From the NCBI GenBank assembly GCA_946965045.2, contig OX337235.1, positions 2,914,001-2,978,000 on the forward strand: DNA of 64,000 nt, written 5' to 3'. Of the stretch, positions 23,440-33,797 are shown one piece after another (position 1 is the first letter of the stretch; each line of letters opens with the position of its first letter). Origin of the DNA: Epithemia pelagica. Its lineage: Eukaryota; Protista; Bacillariophyta. Both the position numbers and the translations under genes were made by a program. Below the pieces are notes generated by a model that saw nothing but the letters and a program-made list of their open reading frames with translations, did no database searches and had not been told where the DNA came from.

Positions 23440-26046
23440 TTGAATACAATGAAATCTCAGTTGCACTCTCAATCGCGTTCACGTCCATTGCAACAAAAGT
23501 CGCAACGACGACGACATGGACGCTTTTCCCACAAGGAACAAGAAGAAAAACTACCAAAAGAAAACGAACTTGCAACTTTGACCGTTTCTCCCAACGGTGG
23601 CACCTCCAGTAAGAAGAAAAACAAGTCACAACAACATCGACGACGCATGGCGTTGGGAAAGCGTTTGCGGAAACGGTTGGGAGGTGGCCACAAGAACAAG
23701 AACCACTCCTCGGATAGTACGGCGGGTACCACAACGGTGACCAGTGCCGCGGGGGTGATTCCAGAAATGATGGAGGACTCGTACTCGGACACTCTTTCTC
23801 GTGACGAGAGCAACGAACCGACGGAAACCGATTTGATTTTGGCCTCCTTGTTGGACGCCTTTGCGGACATTAACGAGTCGAATCGTCGTCAATCTCAATC
23901 TCAGGAACTGAAGGAGCAACCATTCAAGCCTCAAGAGACCATGTCGGAGTTGCCGATCCTTTCCAGCACGACTCAGAATCCACCCCAGCCTGTTTCTATG
24001 GCCGATCGTTCCACCTTTAGCACCAATCTCATCCATTTGCTCCAAGCACAAAAGGCGTCAAACAGAACGAGCAATCAAGAAGAAGAAGTAGAAGTCCATC
24101 AAGGTCCACTGTTCATGCTGTCGTCGCAAGACAAGAGATCCATGATGGAAGACATGAATGTCGACTTTACCGAAACCTTGGTAGAACAGTTTGGTGTCGG
24201 CACCGGTATTGTCCAAGCTCATTTGGTGGCCTCGAATCATTTGGTGTCCCAATTTTTGACCGTGGACCAAGTGGTACAAGAGATTGGCTCAGATAGCAAT
24301 GTCCTTTTACCCGGAACCACTCAAGACATTGTGTTTCACGCCTTGGAATCCTTCTTGTATCCCCGACTCTCGGTACTGTATCAGGATTTGCCCAAGAACG
24401 ACGCAAACAGCAACAATAGTGAGGAGACTAGCCCGAAAGAAAACGTCATTACTCCCAAAGAAGCCGTTGAACTCATTTCCTGGATTGACCGATTTTTGAA
24501 TCTTTTGTCGACCCGAATGCCTCAAGTAGAGGTGATGGAGGACTGGAAGCAAGACATGTACCGATTGTCTGACTTTTACTTGGAGACGGCCGTGCGGACT
24601 GGCATGAAGTCCTTGCTTCGACGTGCCTGGGAACTCCACCAAGAAGACGATGTACGAGAAGATGCTGAGTCGAACATGATTACAGGACTTCCAGAACAGG
24701 TTTCCTACATGTACTCTCAGCAACTGTCGACGGCACAAAACTCGGTGCCCTCCTCCGTCATGACCCCAACGGAATTGCAGGAAAAGGTGGTATCCATTTG
24801 CAATCAAGAACTGGCAACTTTGGTATGCGATATGCAACTCAAGGTGGGTTCGGAATGGAAAGATATTTCGACGCCCTTCTTTTGTGCCATTATCAACGAT
24901 GCCAATCGTTTGGCCGAACAGAGTGAGACACGAAACGAACAATATCTGACTGACCAGCAGGAAGACATTTTGGAACTTGGCAATAGTCTGGTCCGTGATT
25001 TGACCGAACTTGCCTTGTACGCAACCAATTACCTCTGTCAACGCATCATGTTGAACCTGTGCAAGCCACGCAACAACATTTTGACATCGGTGGGTGACGA
25101 ATCCTGGGAAACGGACGAATCCTGTATTGCCATGGAACGGACCATTGCCACCTTTAAAGACTTTTTTCAGGACTTGCAAATCTGGCTTGACTCCGATTAC
25201 TTTTTCCTCAAGGTCCTCAAGACATGCTTTGAACTTACCATTCAAATCTATCTGGAATCCTTTTTTGGCAATACCATGACTAATGGTGTCAAGGATCCGG
25301 AGGCTGTTGCCGAGGAACTTCGACGAGACTTTTTGCGATTGGTCATTTTCTTCAACGGATCCAGTTTTGAAAAGTACCACCAAGCCGGAGGCTTTTACTC
25401 CCAAACCAGCATAAACGAATCACTGCGCATATTGCAGAACATTGCCGCCATTATTTCGCCCTTGAACCATCCGGAATTTTGCCATGACGATATTGTGGCG
25501 CTTTTGAAACGCTTTGCCCAACAACCGCAAGGTGGTGGAGACGGATCGGCGGCCATTCTTCACTTGGCCGGCTTGAGGAAACGCCACGATCGCCTTGAAT
25601 CATTGGTATGGGTCAAGGCGATTGCATCGGCTCAAAAGGCCATTGCTGCAGAAAAGGAAGTTGAAAAAGACAACCAGACGGTAGCAACCAGTGAAAGCGA
25701 TGATGATGATGATGATGAGTCTACTTCATCAGGTGATTCCAAAGCGCTTCGTTCCAAGATGGCACACGATCGCAAAACAACAGTCGTTCATGTTCCAGAC
25801 ATTCGCAACTCAAAATACATTCACAATTTGTTGCCACCCATTCCTCGAGGACAACCCTTGGATCGTGACATTTCCGTAGGGACCATGCCTCATGCCCAAT
25901 CGACATTGCAGCTACTCGAGTCCTCTCCACCTCGACCCTTGGTCATGTTTCAAAAGGCCAAGCTGTATACGCAAAACTGGATTGTCGCCGCCACCACTAC
26001 CACGACCACTACCACGACTGTATCTTCGGATGAGACAAAGAGATGA
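23440..26046 (+). CDS. Exocyst complex component Sec6/EXOC3-like protein
   Basis: 868-aa helical ORF. Segments AIINDANRLAE, LCQRIMLNL and TIATFKDFFQDLQIWLDSDYFFLKVLKTCFELTIQIYLESF resemble the Sec6 domain. Confidence 0.55.
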   Translation: MNTMKSQLHSQSRSRPLQQKSQRRRHGRFSHKEQEEKLPKENELATLTVSPNGGTSSKKKNKSQQHRRRMALGKRLRKRLGGGHKNKNHSSDSTAGTTTVTSAAGVIPEMMEDSYSDTLSRDESNEPTETDLILASLLDAFADINESNRRQSQSQELKEQPFKPQETMSELPILSSTTQNPPQPVSMADRSTFSTNLIHLLQAQKASNRTSNQEEEVEVHQGPLFMLSSQDKRSMMEDMNVDFTETLVEQFGVGTGIVQAHLVASNHLVSQFLTVDQVVQEIGSDSNVLLPGTTQDIVFHALESFLYPRLSVLYQDLPKNDANSNNSEETSPKENVITPKEAVELISWIDRFLNLLSTRMPQVEVMEDWKQDMYRLSDFYLETAVRTGMKSLLRRAWELHQEDDVREDAESNMITGLPEQVSYMYSQQLSTAQNSVPSSVMTPTELQEKVVSICNQELATLVCDMQLKVGSEWKDISTPFFCAIINDANRLAEQSETRNEQYLTDQQEDILELGNSLVRDLTELALYATNYLCQRIMLNLCKPRNNILTSVGDESWETDESCIAMERTIATFKDFFQDLQIWLDSDYFFLKVLKTCFELTIQIYLESFFGNTMTNGVKDPEAVAEELRRDFLRLVIFFNGSSFEKYHQAGGFYSQTSINESLRILQNIAAIISPLNHPEFCHDDIVALLKRFAQQPQGGGDGSAAILHLAGLRKRHDRLESLVWVKAIASAQKAIAAEKEVEKDNQTVATSESDDDDDDESTSSGDSKALRSKMAHDRKTTVVHVPDIRNSKYIHNLLPPIPRGQPLDRDISVGTMPHAQSTLQLLESSPPRPLVMFQKAKLYTQNWIVAATTTTTTTTTVSSDETKR

Positions 26047-26449
26047 AAGGACGACAATTTTGGTAGCCTGTTTCCAGGATAGGCGATGATTCCATGTTCT
26101 TTGAAAACAAGCACAGACATGGCGCAGTTTAGTTAACCATCAATAAGGCCTACTGGCACTTGTATTCTTGTCTTTTACTACTAGAGTCGAAAGGCACTGG
26201 ACGCCGATCCAACAAAGCGTAACAGATAACATCTAGAGGAATGGCCTTCTAAAAGGTGGCACATTGGACGCGCGACAAGAATTCACTTATTCGTGATGCG
26301 CTACTTCGAAGCAATTGTTGTGTTGCTTACTCATAAAGCAAGAACTATACAATGGGCCCAATGTCTCGTTTCCCGAACCAAAAATTCCACACCTTAGTCT
26401 TTTAATCTATTGAGAGTTTTCCGCAAAAGACAATCCACAGTCATTCTCT

Positions 26450-27010
26450 TTACCGTCGTTTCGGTGGTCCACCTCGTGTGACTCCACCGGCACTTCGTTG
26501 TCCTCCAGCTCCACCTGGTCGGGCGCCCGTACCGGACGACGATGCCGATTTGACAGGCACTTTGGATTTTCCCGGTCGTGGCAATTTGACTCCCAACTTT
26601 CGTTCCAATTTACTGATAATTTGTGGATTGGGAATGGCCTTACCAGACTCATAATCTCCAATGACTTGTGGCTTTTCATTAATGGCCGTGGCCAAATCCT
26701 TTTGCGTCATTTTCTTGGCGGTTCGTGCTTGCATAATGGCCTTGGACAAGGACTTGTCTACCTTGGCCAAAGTTCCGACATCGTCGGCTTGTTCCAATGC
26801 TCGCGCAGTCAAGGCAGTCTGTGAATGAGCCGATTTGTTGCCACCGGCACCATACTTTTTCTCGGTCGTGAGCAACCCCTTGGCCTTGGCTTGATCAATT
26901 CCCCGCGCTGTCTTGGGAACGGTCGTCTTGGCCGGTCCCACCGAGCTTCGACCCACATTGACGGGGGCCCAATCTTGTTGTCCAATTCCGGGATTGTAGT
27001 TTTGAGGCAT
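26450..27010 (-). CDS. MBF1: Multiprotein bridging factor 1 (HTH_3 coactivator)
   Basis: QDWAPVNV and KAIMQARTAKKMTQKDLATAINEKPQVIGDYESGKAIPNPQIISKLERKLGVKL, with a Gly/Arg-rich tail. ATG at 27010. Confidence 0.92.
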   Translation of the reverse strand: MPQNYNPGIGQQDWAPVNVGRSSVGPAKTTVPKTARGIDQAKAKGLLTTEKKYGAGGNKSAHSQTALTARALEQADDVGTLAKVDKSLSKAIMQARTAKKMTQKDLATAINEKPQVIGDYESGKAIPNPQIISKLERKLGVKLPRPGKSKVPVKSASSSGTGARPGGAGGQRSAGGVTRGGPPKRR

Positions 27011-27265
27011 GATTATTCTTTCGTTCCAATACAACCAAAGGGTGCAGTTGTTGCTTCCTTCTTTTCTCTTTTCTGTTGAGTTTTGTGACAGACGTGACGA
27101 CGACTGAGGGAGGACCTTCGAAACCTTTCGCCCTTTTTCTCGCTTGTGTGGTCACGGTCACGTTTGTGCATGACTGGATGCCGTACGGCGGACGAACGAC
27201 TCTTCACGAAATGATGACGTGGCAGTGGAGAACCGATCTCCTCTTTCGCCGCGCTCACAAGATTT

Positions 27266-27967
27266 TTGACCATGAAGATTACCCACGCATGGACGCTCGG
27301 AGCGGTGCTGTTGCAATCCTGGGTGGGAGGGATTGAATCGTTCCTAGCTCATCCCCAAACGACGGTAGCGAATGCTTCCAACAGAGAACCTACCTGTGCC
27401 AAGCGATTCCAATTACGAGACACGAAACGGTCGGACGAAACCGTTGAGAACAATAACAAGAGCCGCATTGCGGCTGCGGAGGGAAGCGACGAAATCATGA
27501 CAAACAAAAACGATTCTTCCAAAGACTTTGAGGTCCAAACTCGCAATCCATTGCGATGGCTGGTTCTGAGATTAGGATTGACCGAACCGGCCATGACATC
27601 TCCCTTCAATTACGGCAAGTACGATGGGATCTTTCGCTGCGCCTACTGCGGTCAAGAATTGTTTGATTCCAATGCCAAATACGACAGTGGTTCGGGATGG
27701 CCGTCCTTTTGGCGATCTGCCAATGAAAATGCCATTTCCTACAAACGTGAAATGGACGGACGATTGGAATGCAAATGTCAACGATGTTCGAGTCACTTGG
27801 GACATGTCTTTTTGGATGGACCGGCTGCCAAGACGGTGCCCTCGGACGTGTTGGACGAAAGTCCCTCGTCCGATCCTCGAGGTCGGTCGGAATTCACGCC
27901 GTTGCCGCGCTTTTGTATCAACGGCGCTGCCATGACCTTTGAAGCACGAGAAACAGTTGACGCCTAA
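27266..27967 (+). CDS. msrB: Peptide methionine-R-sulfoxide reductase MsrB (SelR domain), zinc-binding
   Basis: GIFRCAYCGQELF, KYDSGSGWPSF, CQRCSSHLGHVFLDGP and RFCING, plus an N-terminal signal peptide. Confidence 0.9.
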   Translation: MTMKITHAWTLGAVLLQSWVGGIESFLAHPQTTVANASNREPTCAKRFQLRDTKRSDETVENNNKSRIAAAEGSDEIMTNKNDSSKDFEVQTRNPLRWLVLRLGLTEPAMTSPFNYGKYDGIFRCAYCGQELFDSNAKYDSGSGWPSFWRSANENAISYKREMDGRLECKCQRCSSHLGHVFLDGPAAKTVPSDVLDESPSSDPRGRSEFTPLPRFCINGAAMTFEARETVDA

Positions 27968-28384
27968 GAGCGCTCGACTCCAAGATAGTGATTTCCTCAA
28001 TGTAGCAAAACCACGGTTGCCTAGCTACAGCGAGTGACTTGCTTCTTTTTCGGTACAACTTTCGTTCTGTGGTTACCCATCTCATTGGACAGCTATGAAC
28101 GAACGCGTCGCTCTACAAATCACAATGTCGCTCTCTCCGAAGCCAGAGCGTGATGAAGCTCTATGTGATCTATGTAAGAGCATCATGGACTAAGAGACCC
28201 ATGAATTTCAAGTAGAAACAGAAAACAAGGTGCAACGCCTCATCGGAAGGGAAGCGTTGGCATCACGAAACGAGTCTTTCATCTTCCTCAGCTATCTTGC
28301 GTTTTATGTGATCTTATGAAGAGCTTCTTGGACTGTGAGACACATGAATGTCAAGGAGAAAGAGAGAACTGGGGATCTTTGGCA

Positions 28385-28843
28385 TCACGAAACGTGGCTT
28401 TTATCTGTCTCAGCTAGCTTGCGTCTCAGGGAAGTGATCTCCTCCTCCACACGTTGAATTTCTTCTTGAATCTTCGCTAGTTCTTCGTCATTCGCCTCGT
28501 CCATTCGGGCAAGTACCTTCTGTATAAGCAGATCCAACTTCTCGCCACGCAAATCTATCATCTTGATGATAATTTTCCTCTCTTTTTGGGCTGATTCCCT
28601 CTCTTTTTGGGCTTCATCGAAGCGACTGGATACGTCAGCAGACGAGACGGGAAATGGTATGAAGGGTGCAGAAGCAAATAAAGTATTCCCGTATTTCAAG
28701 AAGAAGGAGGAAATGGATGTAACCCAACGACTGCACTGAGTTTCGTCCCGATCGATCGATGTGTCCCTATTCTTGCCAGCACCAGCACACAGTAATGAAG
28801 GCTGTTCATCTTTCACTTTCTCATCTTCGTCTCATATTGGCAT
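28385..28843 (-). pseudogene. Array copy 1 of the small coiled-coil ORF, nonsense allele
   Basis: ATG CCA ATA TGA (28843-28832), where the other copies read ATG CCA ATA TCA. It also carries a 21-bp in-frame duplication (AQKERES AQKERK). Confidence 0.75.
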
Positions 28844-29797
28844 GAGAGGGACTGATTGATTTGGGGACGAAGTTGGGCAGGTATGATGGAAATTCATCGT
28901 TTTGATGGTATTGAGAAAGTGCTACGAAGACAACAGCAAAGCAGGAGTTCGATTTCTGGTTTTGCGGAGCCGGGTTTTGGGTGAGTTTTGTTTTCGTGTG
29001 AGCGTTCTTAGTAAGAGCGACCAACACCGATTTGGACCGACTCGAGTGTGAACCTGTGGAAGCAGCTGCGACAACGTTCCTTCCACAGGTTCCAGTCTCG
29101 AACGTGACCCTTGATATCCAGTCTCTCAGCAAAGCGCAATGTTGCCATCTTCGAAGCCAAAATGACTTCACCACGATCAAAAGGTACCCATCAGACTTAG
29201 CATCGTGATCCTCTAAACACTGCCGCAACGCCGCAGCGTTGGATACGATGAACCGAACGACGCATGTCACCTGATCTAATGTCTCGAATAGAATCATTCT
29301 GAAGAGCGACCAACGGGAAATCTACCGATTCCGACGGGGAGGACAACGGACAACCAGCCTGTGTGGTTATCCATATCCTTGGACCTGAGGTTCAACCATG
29401 CCAGAACGAGACCCTTGTTCTTCAAAGCGCAATGTTGCTCTCTCCGAGACCAAAATGACTTTTCACCACGAACAAAAGGCAACCATCAGACTAAGCATCT
29501 AGACACACGAGAGCAAACTGACAAGAAGCTACAAGGCTGTGGAAGCGCTGCAAGTCTGCTCGCTCCTATACTGTGGTGTTTCACCTACCTGTCACAGCAA
29601 TAGTAATACGTCAGACGTGGAATCATGCAGATAGTATGTCCCACTGCTGCTTACATGAAGAAACAACACGGAGACCAGTATTGAAAAACCATGTTCTGTG
29701 AGTTTCTTTATGCAACTTTATGTGATCGTATGAAGAGCTTCTTGGACTGCGAGACACATGAATGTCAAGGAGAAAGAGGAACTGGGGATCGTTGTCA

Positions 29798-30235
29798 TCA
29801 CGAAACGTGGCTTTTATCTGTCTCAGCTAGCATGCGTCTCAGGGAAGTGATCTCCTCCTCCACACGTTGAATTTCTTCTTGAATCTTCGCTAGTTCTTCG
29901 TCATTCGCCTTGTCCAGTCGGGCAAGTACCTTCTGTGTAAGCAGATCCGACATCTCGCCACGCAAATCTATCATCTTGATGATAATTTTCCTCTCTTTTT
30001 GGGCTTCATCGAAGCGACTGGATACGTCAGCAGACGAGACGGGAAATGGTATGAAGGGTGCAGAAGCAAATAAAGTATTCCCGTATTTCAAGAAGAAGGA
30101 GGAAACGGATGTAACCCAACGACCGCACTGAGTTTCTTCTCGATCGATCGATGTTTCCCCATTCTTGCCAGCACCAGCACACAATAATGAAGGTTGTTCA
30201 TTTTTCACTTTCTCATCTTCGTCTGATATTGGCAT
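29798..30235 (-). CDS. Small coiled-coil hypothetical protein, array copy 2
   Basis: 145-aa ORF with heptad-rich C-terminus LAKIQEEIQRVEEEITSLRRMLAE, maintained across copies. Confidence 0.55.
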   Translation of the reverse strand: MPISDEDEKVKNEQPSLLCAGAGKNGETSIDREETQCGRWVTSVSSFFLKYGNTLFASAPFIPFPVSSADVSSRFDEAQKERKIIIKMIDLRGEMSDLLTQKVLARLDKANDEELAKIQEEIQRVEEEITSLRRMLAETDKSHVS

Positions 30236-30853
30236 GGTCGGGACTGATTGATTTGGGGACGAAGTTGGGCAGGTATGATCGTTTTGATGGTAGCGAGAAA
30301 GTTCTATAGTTTTTGTGACAGCTCGATTTCAGGTTTTGCGGAGCAGGGTTTCTGAGGTTTGTTTTCGTGTGAGACAAGATTTGTGCCTCTAGTAAGAGCG
30401 ACCAACGGGAAATCTTTCGATTCGGACGGGCAGGACATGTGGTTATCCACCTCATGCCAGAACGAGACCCTTGTTGTTCAAAGTGCACTTTTGCTATCTC
30501 CGACACCAAAATGACTTTTCACCACGATCAAAAGGCAACCATCAGACTAAGCATCTAGACACACGAGAGCAAACTGACAAGAAGCTACAAGGCTGTGGAA
30601 GCGCTGCAAGTCTGCTCGCTCCTATACTGTGGTGTTTCACCTACCTGTCACAGCAATAGTAATACGTCAGACGTGGAATCATGCAGATAGTATGTCCCAC
30701 TGCTGCTTACATGAAGAAACAACACGGAGACCAGTATTGAAAAACCATGTTCTGTGAGTTTCTTTATGCAACTTTATGTGATCGTATGAAGAGCTTCTTG
30801 GACTGCGAGACACATGAATGTCAAGGAGAAAGAGGAACTGGGGATCGTTGTCA

Positions 30854-31345
30854 TCACGAAACGTGGCTTTTATCTGTCTCAGCTAGCATGCGTCTCAGGG
30901 AAGTGATCTCCTCCTCCACACGTTGAATTTCTTCTTGAATCTTCGCTAGTTCTTCGTCATTCGCCTTGTCCAGTCGGGCAAGTACCTTCTGTGTAAGCAG
31001 ATCCGACATCTCGCCACGCAAATCTATCATCTTGATGATAATTTTCCTCTCTTTTTGGGCTTCATCGAAGCGACTGGATACGTCAGCAGACGAGACGGGA
31101 AATGGTATGAAGGGTGCAGAAGCAAATAAAGTATTCCCGTATTTCAAGAAGAAGGAGGAAATGGATGTAACCCAACGACTGCACTGAGTTTCGTCCCGAT
31201 CGATCGATGTGTCCCTATTCTTGCCAGCACCAGCACACAGTAATGAAGGCTGTTCATCTTTCACTTTCTCATCTTCGTCTGATATTGGCATGAGAGGGAC
31301 TGATTGATTTGGGGACGAAGTTGGGCAGGTATGATGGAAATTCAT
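30854..31345 (-). CDS. Small coiled-coil hypothetical protein, array copy 3
   Basis: 163-aa ORF including the upstream MNFHHTCPTSSPNQSVPL extension. Confidence 0.55.
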   Translation of the reverse strand: MNFHHTCPTSSPNQSVPLMPISDEDEKVKDEQPSLLCAGAGKNRDTSIDRDETQCSRWVTSISSFFLKYGNTLFASAPFIPFPVSSADVSSRFDEAQKERKIIIKMIDLRGEMSDLLTQKVLARLDKANDEELAKIQEEIQRVEEEITSLRRMLAETDKSHVS

Positions 31346-32245
31346 CGTTTTGATGGTATTGAGAAAGTGCTACGAAGACAACAGCAAAGCAGGAGTTCGA
31401 TTTCTGGTTTTGCGGAGCCGGGTTTTGGGTGAGTTTTGTTTTCGTGTGAGCGTTCTTAGTAAGAGCGACCAACACCGATTTGGACCGACTCGAGTGTGAA
31501 CCTGTGGAAGCAGCTGCGACAACGTTCCTTCCACAGGTTCCAGTCTCGAACGTGACCCTTGATATCCAGTCTCTCAGCAAAGCGCAATGTTGCCATCTTC
31601 GAAGCCAAAATGACTTCACCACGATCAAAAGGTACCCATCAGACTTAGCATCGTGATCCTCTAAACACTGCCGCAACGCCGCAGCGTTGGATACGATGAA
31701 CCGAACGACGCATGTCACCTGATCTAATGTCTCGAATAGAATCATTCTGAAGAGCGACCAACGGGAAATCTACCGATTCCGACGGGGAGGACAACGGACA
31801 ACCAGCCTGTGTGGTTATCCATATCCTTGGACCTGAGGTTCAACCATGCCAGAACGAGACCCTTGTTCTTCAAAGCGCAATGTTGCTCTCTCCGAGACCA
31901 AAATGACTTTTCACCACGAACAAAAGGCAACCATCAGACTAAGCATCTAGACACACGAGAGCAAACTGACAAGAAGCTACAAGGCTGTGGAAGCGCTGCA
32001 AGTCTGCTCGCTCCTATACTGTGGTGTTTCACCTACCTGTCACAGCAATAGTAATACGTCAGACGTGGAATCATGCAGATAGTATGTCCCACTGCTGCTT
32101 ACATGAAGAAACAACACGGAGACCAGTATTGAAAAACCATGTTCTGTGAGTTTCTTTATGCAACTTTATGTGATCGTATGAAGAGCTTCTTGGACTGCGA
32201 GACACATGAATGTCAAGGAGAAAGAGGAACTGGGGATCGTTGTCA

Positions 32246-32683
32246 TCACGAAACGTGGCTTTTATCTGTCTCAGCTAGCATGCGTCTCAGGGAAGTGATC
32301 TCCTCCTCCACACGTTGAATTTCTTCTTGAATCTTCGCTAGTTCTTCGTCATTCGCCTTGTCCAGTCGGGCAAGTACCTTCTGTGTAAGCAGATCCGACA
32401 TCTCGCCACGCAAATCTATCATCTTGATGATAATTTTCCTCTCTTTTTGGGCTTCATCGAAGCGACTGGATACGTCAGCAGACGAGACGGGAAATGGTAT
32501 GAAGGGTGCAGAAGCAAATAAAGTATTCCCGTATTTCAAGAAGAAGGAGGAAACGGATGTAACCCAACGACCGCACTGAGTTTCTTCTCGATCGATCGAT
32601 GTTTCCCCATTCTTGCCAGCACCAGCACACAATAATGAAGGTTGTTCATTTTTCACTTTCTCATCTTCGTCTGATATTGGCAT
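32246..32683 (-). CDS. Small coiled-coil hypothetical protein, array copy 4
   Basis: 145-aa ORF identical in translation to copy 2. Confidence 0.55.
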   Translation of the reverse strand: MPISDEDEKVKNEQPSLLCAGAGKNGETSIDREETQCGRWVTSVSSFFLKYGNTLFASAPFIPFPVSSADVSSRFDEAQKERKIIIKMIDLRGEMSDLLTQKVLARLDKANDEELAKIQEEIQRVEEEITSLRRMLAETDKSHVS

Positions 32684-33302
32684 GGTCGGGACTGATTGAT
32701 TTGGGGACGAAGTTGGGCAGGTATGATCGTTTTGATGGTAGCGAGAAAGTTCTATAGTTTTTGTGACAGCTCGATTTCAGGTTTTGCGGAGCAGGGTTTC
32801 TGAGGTTTGTTTTCGTGTGAGACAAGATTTGTGCCTCTAGTAAGAGCGACCAACGGGAAATCTTTCGATTCGGACGGGCAGGACATGTGGTTATCCACCT
32901 CATGCCAGAACGAGACCCTTGTTGTTCAAAGTGCACTTTTGCTATCTCCGACACCAAAATGACTTTTCACCACGATCAAAAGGCAACCATCAGACTAAGC
33001 ATCTAGACACACGAGAGCAAACTGACAAGAAACTACAAGGTTGTGGAAGCGGTGAAAGTCTACTCGCTCCCATACCGTGGTGTCTCACCTACCTGTCATA
33101 ACCGTGGTAATACGTCAGACGTGGAATCATGCAGATAGTATGTCCCACTGCTGCTTACATGAAGAAACAACACGGAGACCAGTATTGAAAAACCATGTTC
33201 TGTGAGTTTCTTTATGCAACTTTATGTGATCGTATGAAGAGCTTCTTGGACTGCGAGACACATGAATTTCAAGGAGAATCAGAGAACTGGGGATCGTCGG
33301 CA

Positions 33303-33797
33303 TCACGAAACGTGGCTTTCATCTTCCTCAGCTATCTTGCGTTCGAGGGAAGCGATCTCCTCCTCCACACGTTGAATTTCGTTTTGAATCTTCGCTACCG
33401 GTAGTTCTTCGTTATTCGCCTTGTCCATTCGGGCAAGTACCTTTTTGAAAAGCAGATCCGACTTCTTGCGACCTAGATTTATCATCTTGATGATAATTTT
33501 CCTCTCTTTTTTGGCTTCATCGAAGCGACTGGATACGTCAGCAGACGATATGGGAAATGGTATGAAGGGTGCAGAAGCAAATAAAGTATTCCCGTATTTC
33601 AAGAAGAAGGAGGAAACGGATGTAACCCAATGACTGCACCGAGTCTCTTCTCGATCGATCGATGTGTCCCTATTCTTGCCAGCACCAGCACACAATAATG
33701 AAGGTTGTTCATTTTTCACTTTCTCATCTTCGTCTGATATTGGCATGAGCGGTACTGATTGATTTGGGGACGAAGTTGGGCAGGTATGATGAAAATT
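33303..33797 (-). CDS. Small coiled-coil hypothetical protein, array copy 5 (most diverged)
   Basis: MNFHH... start within ORF 33303-34016, many C-terminal substitutions and a 6-bp in-frame insertion (PV). Confidence 0.55.
   Translation of the reverse strand, partial: NFHHTCPTSSPNQSVPLMPISDEDEKVKNEQPSLLCAGAGKNRDTSIDREETRCSHWVTSVSSFFLKYGNTLFASAPFIPFPISSADVSSRFDEAKKERKIIIKMINLGRKKSDLLFKKVLARMDKANNEELPVAKIQNEIQRVEEEIASLERKIAEEDESHVS

Noticed and set aside
24307-25404. 365-aa minus-strand ORF
   Set aside because: It lies wholly antisense to the Sec6-like CDS and has no recognisable motif.
2651-26046. CAA/GAT/ACC microsatellite runs giving poly-Q, N, D and T tracts
   Set aside because: Ordinary low-complexity tracts of diatom proteins.
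27215-27220. TGACGT bZIP/aureochrome-type site in the MBF1-MsrB intergenic region
   Set aside because: A single hexamer is expected by chance every few kb.
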